Source: a virus
Taxonomy: Duplodnaviria; Heunggongvirae; Uroviricota; Caudoviricetes
Length of the DNA stretch: 64,000 bases
Virus record (IMG/VR): IMGVR_UViG_3300030294_000003
Direction: 5' to 3' (one strand)
The position numbers and the translations under genes are program-made. Of this stretch, positions 36,964 to 45,460 are shown piece after piece. Each line of letters begins with the position of its first letter. Within the stretch, counting starts at the first letter, position 1. The notes under the pieces are model-generated. The model saw only the letters and a program-made list of their open reading frames with translations, made no database searches and had not been told where the DNA came from.

Positions 36964-37121
36964 TAAAAAGAGCAATTGAAACAGAAGACGATTATATTGA
37001 TAGAAAATATGAAAGTAGTAAACAGGTATTAGAAACATTTTATAAATTAATTTTTATAGTTTTATTTGGTGTTATACTTGGTAAAATTTTTGGTTATGTA
37101 ATTTTAACCTTTTTAAATTAA
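36960..37121 (+). CDS. putative small membrane protein
   Basis: 53 aa from ATG 36960 (the track's 36924 start overlaps the upstream peptide), with a C-terminal TM helix. Confidence 0.3.
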   Translation: MIKRAIETEDDYIDRKYESSKQVLETFYKLIFIVLFGVILGKIFGYVILTFLN

Positions 37122-37131
37122 TTATAATATA

Positions 37132-37314
37132 ATGATTAGATTTTTGAAAAGAAATTACTATAAACTATTTGATTATGCTAGTCGAATAGATAACGATTCT
37201 AAAGGGAAATTCAGAGTTAAATATTCAGATGGTAAAACAACAACAAAAATGAGTTATTGGACTGCCAAAACATATGCAACTACATTTAATGGGGTAATAA
37301 TCGACGCATTTTAA
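37132..37314 (+). CDS. hypothetical protein
   Basis: 60-aa ORF. Confidence 0.4.
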   Translation: MIRFLKRNYYKLFDYASRIDNDSKGKFRVKYSDGKTTTKMSYWTAKTYATTFNGVIIDAF

Positions 37315-37330
37315 TTAAAATCAAAATAAT

Positions 37331-37498
37331 ATGGAATTAACATTTAGAAAAACAGAAACTGATGAAATTATCATTGAAGGACTTTTCCCTCTACCAGTAG
37401 TGTATCAGGATTTAGATACTGCCCTCACCTGTGAATTTGCTACGAAGTTGGAAGAGGCATTAAAGGAATACGGTGGGAATGTGATTGTAAAATTTTAA
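37331..37498 (+). CDS. hypothetical small protein
   Basis: 55-aa ORF below the track cutoff. Confidence 0.3.
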   Translation: MELTFRKTETDEIIIEGLFPLPVVYQDLDTALTCEFATKLEEALKEYGGNVIVKF

Positions 37499-37658
37499 AT
37501 AATATGAGAAAAATATATATGGTACAGACTTTGAACTTTATAGCTCAAACAAATGTGGATTTTGTAAATGATATACTTAAAAATTCAACTCAACAACAGT
37601 TGAAAGATGATACGTATTATTTTGTTATGAATTAATTAACAATCAAAATTTTATTGTT

Positions 37659-37916
37659 ATGGCGAATGATTATTTTAACTATGAACCTACAGCTATTGAA
37701 TTGAACGAATTCAAAATGGTTAATTCAGGCTATATAAAGCCACCTAAACCATTTGAAATTATCAAACCTACTCACGGTTCACTTGTATTAATAGAGGGTA
37801 ATAATCGAACGATAATAAAGAATAATTTACCAATACCTTTATTACAACATATAAGAAGTAAAATGATAAAAAATTGTTATAAAAAGAAAAATTTAAAAAT
37901 AGAACATATAATTTAA
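37659..37916 (+). CDS. hypothetical protein
   Basis: 85-aa ORF. Confidence 0.45.
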   Translation: MANDYFNYEPTAIELNEFKMVNSGYIKPPKPFEIIKPTHGSLVLIEGNNRTIIKNNLPIPLLQHIRSKMIKNCYKKKNLKIEHII

Positions 37917-37929
37917 AATAAATAAACAT

Positions 37930-38313
37930 ATGGAAATAATAAAAGTTATAATTTTATGGATACTTATAGATATTTCAATTATCTTAGTCATTATTGAAAT
38001 TACGAATATATTGGTAAATGGCTATCATTTTATCCATGGAAATGGTGTGAATTTATTAATTGAAGAACTTGATGTTAGTACATCTTCAATTTTAAGTTCG
38101 ATGATAGATTTAAAAGGAAAGTCAAGATTGAATGCGCAGTATATATCGAATTCAATGTCAACTTTAATCTTTCCTTATATTATTAGATGTGGAGAGTTAG
38201 GTGATAAAAGGACTACGTATATGATTATTAGGTGGACAAAATCTTATTATCTCATTAAGGATAAATACAAAGAGCTTTACCCGAAAAAAAAAAACAAACC
38301 AAAAATACATTAA
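37930..38313 (+). CDS. membrane protein
   Basis: 127 aa with an N-terminal TM helix, followed by a terminator hairpin at 38328-38358. Confidence 0.5.
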   Translation: MEIIKVIILWILIDISIILVIIEITNILVNGYHFIHGNGVNLLIEELDVSTSSILSSMIDLKGKSRLNAQYISNSMSTLIFPYIIRCGELGDKRTTYMIIRWTKSYYLIKDKYKELYPKKKNKPKIH

Positions 38314-38327
38314 ATTTTAGTTGATTT

Positions 38328-38358
38328 AACCACATTATATTTTATTTTGTGGTTTTTT
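38328..38358 (+). terminator. intrinsic terminator
   Basis: AACCACA-loop-TGTGGTT followed by TTTTT. Confidence 0.45.
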
Positions 38359-38366
38359 AATATATT

Positions 38367-38421
38367 TTAACAAATTAAATTTTTACAAGTAAATGTTTTA
38401 TAATATCTTTGTTGCCTAATC
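38367..38421 (+). promoter_or_regulatory. promoter cassette P41 (-7 38404-38411)
   Basis: Consensus match. Confidence 0.5.
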
Positions 38422-38471
38422 AATAAATAAATAAATAAATGATTAATATTAAGTAAAAAAAATATACTGAT

Positions 38472-38819
38472 ATGGAAATAGAAATAGGTAAAAAATACAA
38501 TTACTTTGATGATGGAAAAATATGGGAAAGTAGACGGTTGACTGTTGAAATTACAGAGATAATTCCATTTAAAGATATTGATGATACAACACTTTGTATT
38601 TGGAAAAGTGAGGTTGAACAGTGTTATTGGTTATATTCTAAAGAAACAGACTATTTTGTTAAAGGACTTTTAGAAACGGAATATATAGAAATAAAATACG
38701 AGGAAATTATTTTTGTTAGAACCTTAGATGGTGGATGGTTTAGTCTCGGATGGTGGGGTGGAAGATTAGATGTAGATGGAAAACTTGCCATATTATCAAA
38801 TAAGAACTCACAAAAATAA
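38472..38819 (+). CDS. hypothetical protein
   Basis: 115-aa ORF with cassette P41 upstream. Confidence 0.55.
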   Translation: MEIEIGKKYNYFDDGKIWESRRLTVEITEIIPFKDIDDTTLCIWKSEVEQCYWLYSKETDYFVKGLLETEYIEIKYEEIIFVRTLDGGWFSLGWWGGRLDVDGKLAILSNKNSQK

Positions 38820-38823
38820 TATT

Positions 38824-39048
38824 ATGACGGAAGAAGAAAAATGGTGTCGGCGTTTAAAACGTGTAGTTGATAATATGCCCGAAACTTTAGAGGTTTGTAT
38901 ATGTCTAGGTACTATTAATGTTTATTCAAATGGATCTATTCGTAGAAGTTTTGAACAAAGTGGTGATGCAGATGAAGTTGGTAAATATTCAGAATTTAAT
39001 TTCACAATTTATGATACAGGGTTCTATGGAAACGAAGAAAGCATTTAA
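38824..39048 (+). CDS. hypothetical protein
   Basis: ATG at 38824 (the track's 38776 start overlaps the previous gene). The protein is 74 aa. Confidence 0.45.
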   Translation: MTEEEKWCRRLKRVVDNMPETLEVCICLGTINVYSNGSIRRSFEQSGDADEVGKYSEFNFTIYDTGFYGNEESI

Positions 39049-39062
39049 TAAAATATATTAAT

Positions 39063-39491
39063 ATGGAAGACATTTTTAGAATAGTTACAAAAGCATTTGG
39101 TAATAAAGTTGATAAGGGTGGAAGTCCATATGTTTACCATCTAAATAGGGTTGCCGATAAAGTGATGGTCTATTATAGCGAAGATTATGAGTTAAAAGAA
39201 GCTGCTTTTTGTTATGATCTTTTGGAAGACATAAAAGGTTGGACACCTGAAAAGTTGGGTGAATATGTAAGTCCTCGTGTTGTTAATTTAGTTAGTATTT
39301 TAACGCATAAAGAATATGAACCATATAAAGATTATATTGATAGGGTTGCAATGGATAAGGATGCTATTAAGATTAAATTAGCTGACTTAGAGGACAATAT
39401 GGATATTACAAGATTACCTGAATTGACTGAAAAGGACATTGTGCGTTTAAAGAAATACCACAAGTACTACATTTACTTAAAAAATTTATAG
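39063..39491 (+). CDS. HD-domain protein, SpoT/Mesh1-like (p)ppGpp-hydrolase fold (HD dyad replaced by YD)
   Basis: 142 aa. GGSPYVYHLNRVA matches the GePYixHplxVA block of RelA/SpoT hydrolases. AAFCYDLLEDI aligns to AALLHDvvEDT, but with Tyr in place of His. KLADLEDNMDITRL matches KLADRLHNMRTL. Confidence 0.55.
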   Translation: MEDIFRIVTKAFGNKVDKGGSPYVYHLNRVADKVMVYYSEDYELKEAAFCYDLLEDIKGWTPEKLGEYVSPRVVNLVSILTHKEYEPYKDYIDRVAMDKDAIKIKLADLEDNMDITRLPELTEKDIVRLKKYHKYYIYLKNL

Positions 39492-39494
39492 AAT

Positions 39495-39713
39495 ATGAAA
39501 GTAACACAAAACGGGCTACAGGAATTTCCAGAAGAGAGTGGTTTAATAATGGATGATATTATTAATTTAATGAATTTAATAAATAAAAAAGATGGCCATT
39601 TGGGTGACATAGTTTCTTGTATTAGAACGACATGTTCAAGCCTGAAATTAAAAGCAGATAAATTATCAAAAATATTTGAAGAACAAAAATATGAGACTAA
39701 TAAAAATAACTAA
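39495..39713 (+). CDS. hypothetical protein
   Basis: 72-aa ORF. Confidence 0.45.
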   Translation: MKVTQNGLQEFPEESGLIMDDIINLMNLINKKDGHLGDIVSCIRTTCSSLKLKADKLSKIFEEQKYETNKNN

Positions 39714-39999
39714 ATATCTTAGTGCTAGAAGTTTTGATCACTATGTTGTTATATATGATGATTCAAAAACTGTATCGGAAATCGATGAAATAGTGGAAGA
39801 CTGGGGACAGTCCAACCCATCAGGTTCTAATAATGGATATAATCTTAATTGGTCATTTATTGAGGATGAAAAACTAATTGAAGATTCTTTTCTAAAAGAA
39901 CTTAAAAGAATATTATTAGATATTGATGAATTACAGAAAAAAGAAATTGAATTGTATACGTATTTTAAATCAATAAAAGTAAAAGATGTAGAATCATGA
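39691..39999 (+). CDS. hypothetical protein
   Basis: ATG at 39691 (the track start is 39676). The protein is 102 aa. Confidence 0.5.
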   Translation: MRLIKITKYLSARSFDHYVVIYDDSKTVSEIDEIVEDWGQSNPSGSNNGYNLNWSFIEDEKLIEDSFLKELKRILLDIDELQKKEIELYTYFKSIKVKDVES

Positions 40000-40184
40000 A
40001 AAAGAAAGTAAACCTTAAAGATCCTGAAACGGACGAAATTATTGCACAGGTAAATTTACTGACAATTGATTGGTATGACGACCTTATACCGACTTGGGAA
40101 TATTTTTTAGAACAGGTTGGTGGAAATATTGAGGATTTTATAGAATATGTTAATGAAACTACAAACTTAAAAATAAGCAAATAA
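39996..40184 (+). CDS. hypothetical protein
   Basis: 62-aa ORF with an ATGA overlap. Confidence 0.4.
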   Translation: MKKKVNLKDPETDEIIAQVNLLTIDWYDDLIPTWEYFLEQVGGNIEDFIEYVNETTNLKISK

Positions 40185-40185
40185 A

Positions 40186-40383
40186 ATGCAAAAAATAAAT
40201 AATTTAATAGAAGATTATCAGAGACGAAGTTCAAATATTGAAAGTCAATTAAAATCTTCTAAATGTAAAGAAGATAATGTTAATATTAATCGTTTGAGTG
40301 CTAAACTTCATTGTTATAAAACGTTTGTAGTTGAACTAGAACGTTTGGTTGATGAAATTAATGAGAAAAATCAACGAATTTAA
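40186..40383 (+). CDS. hypothetical protein
   Basis: 65-aa helical ORF. Confidence 0.4.
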   Translation: MQKINNLIEDYQRRSSNIESQLKSSKCKEDNVNINRLSAKLHCYKTFVVELERLVDEINEKNQRI

Positions 40384-40436
40384 TTGTTAATTTATTTTGT
40401 TAATCCAATACCTTTACGTATCTTTGTATTAGAAAT
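40382..40436 (+). promoter_or_regulatory. promoter cassette P42 (-7 40419-40426)
   Basis: The -7 box is conserved and the upstream box is degenerate. Confidence 0.45.
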
Positions 40437-40456
40437 TTAAAGAAGAAAATTATATT

Positions 40457-40786
40457 ATGGAAACAACATTTAGTACGATTAATTTTATTGAACCTACGGA
40501 TGAGTTCAAAAAAGAATTTTTCGATGTTTTGAATATTAAGGAATTTTTTAATATGGACTTAATTGCTTATTCTTTTTATTATAAAGATGTTTTAAAAGAT
40601 AATAACCTTAAATTAGATGAACTCGAAAGATCTTTTAATGGGTATGTAAAATTTTATAATTTACAGTATTCATTATTAGAAATCTATGAAATGTTCAAAG
40701 ATTGGACTGAAAATGATTTAACTAATTTCATGGCTTATTATAGACCAATTTTTTTAAAAAATAATAAAGATACAAATGAACAATAA
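40457..40786 (+). CDS. hypothetical protein
   Basis: 109-aa ORF with cassette P42 upstream. Confidence 0.55.
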   Translation: METTFSTINFIEPTDEFKKEFFDVLNIKEFFNMDLIAYSFYYKDVLKDNNLKLDELERSFNGYVKFYNLQYSLLEIYEMFKDWTENDLTNFMAYYRPIFLKNNKDTNEQ

Positions 40787-41108
40787 AGAATTTATATTAT
40801 GTGCAGCTATTCATTATAAAAATGGTGCTGAAACAACCGTATATGGGGTTGAAGATGGTGTAATTGTTTGTGGGAGAAGACATGGAGATTGTTATGCTAT
40901 TTTGAAAGGTATATTGAATATTGGTGATGATTATAATATTGATGATTTACCCGATAGAGATGAGCAGGGATTTTTAACATCTGAAAATAGGTTTGTTTCA
41001 AGACGTGAAGCGTGGTTTATAGCTAAAAAAAATAAACAAATTAGATTTGGGTTAGAAGCAACAGAGAATGGAGAATTTAGTGAATTAATTTCCGAAAACT
41101 TATATTAA
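40776..41108 (+). CDS. hypothetical protein
   Basis: 110-aa ORF. Confidence 0.5.
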   Translation: MNNKEFILCAAIHYKNGAETTVYGVEDGVIVCGRRHGDCYAILKGILNIGDDYNIDDLPDRDEQGFLTSENRFVSRREAWFIAKKNKQIRFGLEATENGEFSELISENLY

Positions 41109-41122
41109 AATACTAATATTTT

Positions 41123-41401
41123 ATGAAAACAAATATTTTAGATAGAAGATTATCAGTCGAAGATCAAAGTGAAATTTTAGAAACGTTGTTTTCTTTTAAA
41201 TGTGTAAAAACGGATGAAAATGATGATAAACATGTTATTATCTACGATGAAGAGGGTTACGAATTTTATGGTAATGATATTAACCTGAAATATGATTTAA
41301 CAAATATTCGGGGAATTATATGGTATGCCAAAGACATATCAGCTTATAATGCTATTTGGGAACATAACACCAAAATCAAAAATCTTTTAAATATAAGATA
41401 A
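41123..41401 (+). CDS. hypothetical protein
   Basis: 92-aa ORF. Confidence 0.5.
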   Translation: MKTNILDRRLSVEDQSEILETLFSFKCVKTDENDDKHVIIYDEEGYEFYGNDINLKYDLTNIRGIIWYAKDISAYNAIWEHNTKIKNLLNIR

Positions 41402-41402
41402 G

Positions 41403-41642
41403 ATGATGGAACAACAGAATATAATAAAAGGCAATAAAGTTAAATTTTACGATTGTTTTCAAGTTTCAATTGATAAAGATGCATCTGGAACTAATCCAAA
41501 ACATTACCCTATTGGTATTGTCGATAAGGTTTATATCTATCACAGTATTTTTGGTTATTCTGATCAGGTTTGTGACATTAAAATAGGTAATAGAATATCA
41601 AGAGCGCATTTCACTAATTGTGTTACCAAAATACCCAATTGA
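41403..41642 (+). CDS. hypothetical protein
   Basis: 79-aa ORF. Confidence 0.45.
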   Translation: MMEQQNIIKGNKVKFYDCFQVSIDKDASGTNPKHYPIGIVDKVYIYHSIFGYSDQVCDIKIGNRISRAHFTNCVTKIPN

Positions 41643-41878
41643 GTATGCTGAAAAAGAAAAAACTCACAGTTAAAGAAAAACTGTTTAATGATATTGATAG
41701 TGTAATATCAATTAAACTTAGTTTAACGGGGCTTAAAGAGTTCGAAAACTATTTTAGAACCGAACTATTCACTGCAGGACCCGATCAATGGAATGAGCTT
41801 GAAATAGCTATTTGTGACTATAATATGAGAATACAAACTGAATTAGAAACCGAAATAAAAAAACTACTAATAAAATGA
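41618..41878 (+). CDS. hypothetical protein
   Basis: 86-aa ORF. The start is uncertain (41618 or 41645). Confidence 0.45.
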   Translation: MCYQNTQLSMLKKKKLTVKEKLFNDIDSVISIKLSLTGLKEFENYFRTELFTAGPDQWNELEIAICDYNMRIQTELETEIKKLLIK

Positions 41879-42168
41879 AAAATATAGAGAAAAAATATAC
41901 AAAAGAAGAAATTCTTTTATTTAATGAAAATGATTGGGAGTTTGGTCGTAGTAGTGGCTATGCTGGTTATTATCGGAAAGGATCAGAATATTGTGATAAG
42001 GAATCTAATTGGATCTATGAACAAGATTATATGGATCGTAAAAATCTATTGGAAAAGTATTATGAAGATTATAAACTACTTCACAATTTCAGACTTGAAC
42101 AATTAGAATTTGGAAAATACCCCGACTACATCATTCAAGATTTTTTAAACAACAAATATTTTAAATAA
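41875..42168 (+). CDS. hypothetical protein
   Basis: 97-aa ORF with an ATGA overlap. Confidence 0.5.
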   Translation: MKNIEKKYTKEEILLFNENDWEFGRSSGYAGYYRKGSEYCDKESNWIYEQDYMDRKNLLEKYYEDYKLLHNFRLEQLEFGKYPDYIIQDFLNNKYFK

Positions 42169-42178
42169 ACAATATTAT

Positions 42179-42334
42179 ATGGTATTATTCATTTTAATTT
42201 TAGGTTTAATTCTTAATATTTTGAGTGTTTATGTTGATATTAAGAAAAAATATTACTATGTTCTTATATTAAACGCAATTGCGGTTGTTTTAATATCTTT
42301 TGCTATTATTAATCACTTCTTTAAAATTATATAA
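42179..42334 (+). CDS. putative small 2-TM membrane protein
   Basis: 51-aa hydrophobic ORF below the track cutoff. Confidence 0.3.
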   Translation: MVLFILILGLILNILSVYVDIKKKYYYVLILNAIAVVLISFAIINHFFKII

Positions 42335-42338
42335 ATAT

Positions 42339-42683
42339 ATGAAACTAAGCGAAATTCACAATGGTTTAGAAAACCAAAATATTAGAGAAATGTTATCAAA
42401 AAAAATAGGTGATTTGGTTTTTAATTTACCACAAAAAATACAGGTAGATAATAAACTATATATTCTTGATTGGTCAATTAAAAATGAAGAGGCTGAAATA
42501 GCCTATCATACGGAATTATTAAATAAAACAAAAGAAAAACAAGCCTGTAGATTACTAATTAAAATGATGGGTTGGGAGGAATATGATGTTTCGGATTACA
42601 CACAATTGGATTTACCTAATTGGATTAACTTTATTGGAACTGAAAACGAATATCATAACCTTTTAAAACAATTAAACGTATGA
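42339..42683 (+). CDS. hypothetical protein
   Basis: ATG at 42339, because the track's 42300 start is a TTG. The protein is 114 aa. Confidence 0.5.
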   Translation: MKLSEIHNGLENQNIREMLSKKIGDLVFNLPQKIQVDNKLYILDWSIKNEEAEIAYHTELLNKTKEKQACRLLIKMMGWEEYDVSDYTQLDLPNWINFIGTENEYHNLLKQLNV

Positions 42684-42967
42684 TATTAATGTATATTTTC
42701 GCTGGATTAGTATTATTGTGTGCCATAGCCTCTGGTGTTATGGTTGATAACGATAACAAAAATGGTAAATATAATACGGCTATGATAGTATTTGTGATTA
42801 TGCTTCTTTTTTCGGTAATTGTTGGTGGAATAACATCAAAAACATCATATAAGGATGGCTTTGAAAAAGGATACCAAAAAGGTCAAGTTGACTACCAAAA
42901 AGGCAAAATAGAATATAAGGTGGAAATCAAACAAGTAACCGATACAATTATATCAAAAGCTAATTAA
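42680..42967 (+). CDS. membrane protein
   Basis: 95 aa with two TM helices and a C-terminal YQKGxxDYQKG repeat. Confidence 0.5.
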   Translation: MILMYIFAGLVLLCAIASGVMVDNDNKNGKYNTAMIVFVIMLLFSVIVGGITSKTSYKDGFEKGYQKGQVDYQKGKIEYKVEIKQVTDTIISKAN

Positions 42968-42969
42968 TA

Positions 42970-42985
42970 ATACTCAAATGAGTAC
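42970..42985 (+). promoter_or_regulatory. palindromic element H7 (aTACTCAAATGAGTAc)
   Basis: Same arm sequences as H1-H6. Confidence 0.4.
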
Positions 42986-43001
42986 CTAAAATAAACTAAA
43001 A

Positions 43002-43484
43002 ATGTTGATCATGGGAAAATATAGAATAAAAATAGACTATAGTACTGGAGATAGTTTTAGTAACAGTTATGAATCTGACCTTATCGACCTTGAATGGGAT
43101 GATATTGAAGTAGCTAAAAAAAATTTGGGTAGAATTAAAGAGCATTACGAAATGTATCAAAGACTAAATAGCTATTTTAATAATATAAGTCAATTCGATA
43201 TAGTAAATGAATATAAAAATAAAGATTGGTTTGTTTCTGGGGAAAATAAGTTATTAAATATAAAAAATAACTGTATCATTACTAAAGAGGAAGCTGATAG
43301 AATTGGGGTGGACAACTTTAAGGTTGTAATAGATGTTGATATGGCCTCAAGATGTATAATATTTATTACAGATAATAAAACACCTATGCAGATAGGGTGC
43401 TTTTGGTGTGGATGTTTTGAACATCTTGATGGTGCCGAAATTATAATTGATCAAGATGATGATATTAAATTCATAGTAAATTAA
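43002..43484 (+). CDS. hypothetical protein
   Basis: 160-aa ORF with palindromic element H7 upstream. Confidence 0.55.
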   Translation: MLIMGKYRIKIDYSTGDSFSNSYESDLIDLEWDDIEVAKKNLGRIKEHYEMYQRLNSYFNNISQFDIVNEYKNKDWFVSGENKLLNIKNNCIITKEEADRIGVDNFKVVIDVDMASRCIIFITDNKTPMQIGCFWCGCFEHLDGAEIIIDQDDDIKFIVN

Positions 43485-43492
43485 ATAATATT

Positions 43493-43547
43493 TTAACAAA
43501 TTTCATTTTACTAGTCCAATTAAATAAATTATCTTTGTATTATAAAA
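43493..43547 (+). promoter_or_regulatory. promoter cassette P43 (-7 43530-43537)
   Basis: Consensus match. Confidence 0.55.
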
Positions 43548-43569
43548 TAAATTTAAATTAAAATATATT

Positions 43570-44013
43570 ATGACAAAAGAATTAGAATTAAAGAAAATAA
43601 TCCGTAATGAAAAATTTTTACGTGAAAGAATTTCTATCGCTCTTGAAAAGGAGTTACAACTACAAAAAAATTCTGGTAAAAAATTTATTACAACTGAAGA
43701 TGTTGATTCACTAATTAAACAAATTATAAAAGAAGAAAGTAATAAAACATTTACTTCTTGCAAGGCAAAACCAATGAAAATTGAAGAACAGGTTGTGGAA
43801 CATTTTACCCCAAATGATGAAAGTATTGGGTTTCTAACAGCAAACGAATTTTTATATTTAAGAATTCAAATTAGAAATGAATATGAGTCTGGTTGGTATC
43901 TAATGTTTGAAGGAGAAAGAATAATGATTAAGCCTAATGGCGATATCGAAAAATGGCCGAACAATTTATATAACACAGCGACGGATCTTTTGAATGAACT
44001 TTTTGGAATTTAA
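43570..44013 (+). CDS. hypothetical protein
   Basis: 147-aa ORF with cassette P43 upstream. Confidence 0.55.
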   Translation: MTKELELKKIIRNEKFLRERISIALEKELQLQKNSGKKFITTEDVDSLIKQIIKEESNKTFTSCKAKPMKIEEQVVEHFTPNDESIGFLTANEFLYLRIQIRNEYESGWYLMFEGERIMIKPNGDIEKWPNNLYNTATDLLNELFGI

Positions 44014-44027
44014 ATATAGTAAATATT

Positions 44028-44876
44028 ATGGGAAAAATTAACAGAACACAACTTGAAATTGAAAAACTACTTTTAGAACCTTTTAAAGTTGGTGAGGTAG
44101 TTAGTGTAGACGAACGTTTGGTAGGTAATAGAGGATCTTCCAAAACATCTGCTAAAATTATTGAGATTGATGGTGATGAAGTTGTTTTGGAAGCGTTCGG
44201 TGGTTATAAAGATAAAAAAACGTATAAAGTTCACATATCCAACTTAGGAAAAAGTATTTATTACGTTGGTTATTCCCCGATGGTAAGACCATCATATCGC
44301 TTAGAAACCATTAATTTCTCACTTGAATCAATTGTTTTTGATTGTGGTTTTGATAGACGTGAAAGAAAATTTAAACCAGATGAAAATATTGGTGAAATTA
44401 CTGTACCAGAATTGAATTGGAACCCATATGTAATTCAATCTGATGGTTCAAAATTTTATTATCAACGAGAGTTTGTTTGGACATTGGAGGATAAACAATC
44501 ATTTATTGATTCAATTTATAACAACATATCTTTAGGTAAGGTTATTTTAAGGGAACGTGGTTTTGAATGGAATAGACAACAGGCATTACTTGGAAATACG
44601 GTGTTTGGTTATAAAGATATTGTTGATGGAAAACAACGTTTGAACTGCATTCTATCGTTTTTACAGGATGAATTTCCAGATTCAAAAGGATTTTATTATT
44701 CTGAATTTTCAAAAGCATCCCAAAACCAATTTTTAAATCACCAATTGCTTGGCTATGCAAAATTAGATGAAAACGCATCTGATAAAGATGTTATCGATTG
44801 TTTCCTTAGAACAAACTTTTCAGGAGTACAAATGAGTAAAGAGCACTTAGAGTATATTAAGACTATTAAATTATAA
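44028..44876 (+). CDS. DUF262-like ParB/Srx-fold NTPase domain protein
   Basis: 282 aa. The C-terminal half has YQREFVW followed by IVDGKQRLNCILSF, matching the DUF262 hallmark xQRxxVW and (I/V)DGQQRLT. The N-terminal ~140 aa are unassigned, and no HNH/DUF1524 partner was seen. Confidence 0.55.
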   Translation: MGKINRTQLEIEKLLLEPFKVGEVVSVDERLVGNRGSSKTSAKIIEIDGDEVVLEAFGGYKDKKTYKVHISNLGKSIYYVGYSPMVRPSYRLETINFSLESIVFDCGFDRRERKFKPDENIGEITVPELNWNPYVIQSDGSKFYYQREFVWTLEDKQSFIDSIYNNISLGKVILRERGFEWNRQQALLGNTVFGYKDIVDGKQRLNCILSFLQDEFPDSKGFYYSEFSKASQNQFLNHQLLGYAKLDENASDKDVIDCFLRTNFSGVQMSKEHLEYIKTIKL

Positions 44877-44880
44877 TATC

Positions 44881-45417
44881 ATGGAAAAATATAAATTACT
44901 TGAAAAGGCCTATGAAATTGACCTAAGTAAAATTGATGAACGTTATGTGTATGAACGAGAAATTGCATATGCAGATAGCGTTGGTAAAGCTAAAACAAAA
45001 TTATTAAGTACGGCAAATTATAATGGAATGCAACTTTATATCGGCGATGATCTAACATATATTAATATACCTGTTATTAGAGCTAAGGATCATGATAAAT
45101 TCGAATTTGAGGGTAAGGGAGAAACCATGTATTCAATAAATGAAATACTTCATGATCGAGAGCGAATAACGAAATTAGACGAACTACTTAATAATGAAAA
45201 TATAAAATTCTGTTACATTAAGAAAGGTAGCTACTATAAACCAGGATCATGTGGATATACGGATTTTAAACACAGGGCGGGGGTATTTACAAAAGAAGAT
45301 GCTGTTCAAAGTGCTAAATCATGTGATGACCTTTGGATTATCCCAGTTATCATTGAAGAGCATAACGAGATGATAAATAAAGAGATTGAAGAACTACAAA
45401 CGAGGTTATTGAATTAG
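44881..45417 (+). CDS. hypothetical protein
   Basis: 178-aa ORF followed by the GNRA hairpin terminator. Confidence 0.55.
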   Translation: MEKYKLLEKAYEIDLSKIDERYVYEREIAYADSVGKAKTKLLSTANYNGMQLYIGDDLTYINIPVIRAKDHDKFEFEGKGETMYSINEILHDRERITKLDELLNNENIKFCYIKKGSYYKPGSCGYTDFKHRAGVFTKEDAVQSAKSCDDLWIIPVIIEEHNEMINKEIEELQTRLLN

Positions 45418-45430
45418 ATTAATATAAGTT

Positions 45431-45460
45431 AAAGGATTTGCGAAAGTAAGTCCTTTTCTT
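45431..45460 (+). terminator. intrinsic terminator hairpin with GAAA tetraloop (copy 3)
   Basis: AAAGGATTTGC-GAAA-GTAAGTCCTTTTCTTT, with the same core and covarying stem positions. Confidence 0.5.

Noticed and set aside
44028-44450. A P-loop (Walker A) in VGNRGSSKTSA of the DUF262 protein N-terminus.
   Set aside because: The spacing is GxxGxxKT, not GxxxxGK[ST], so it is not a canonical Walker A.
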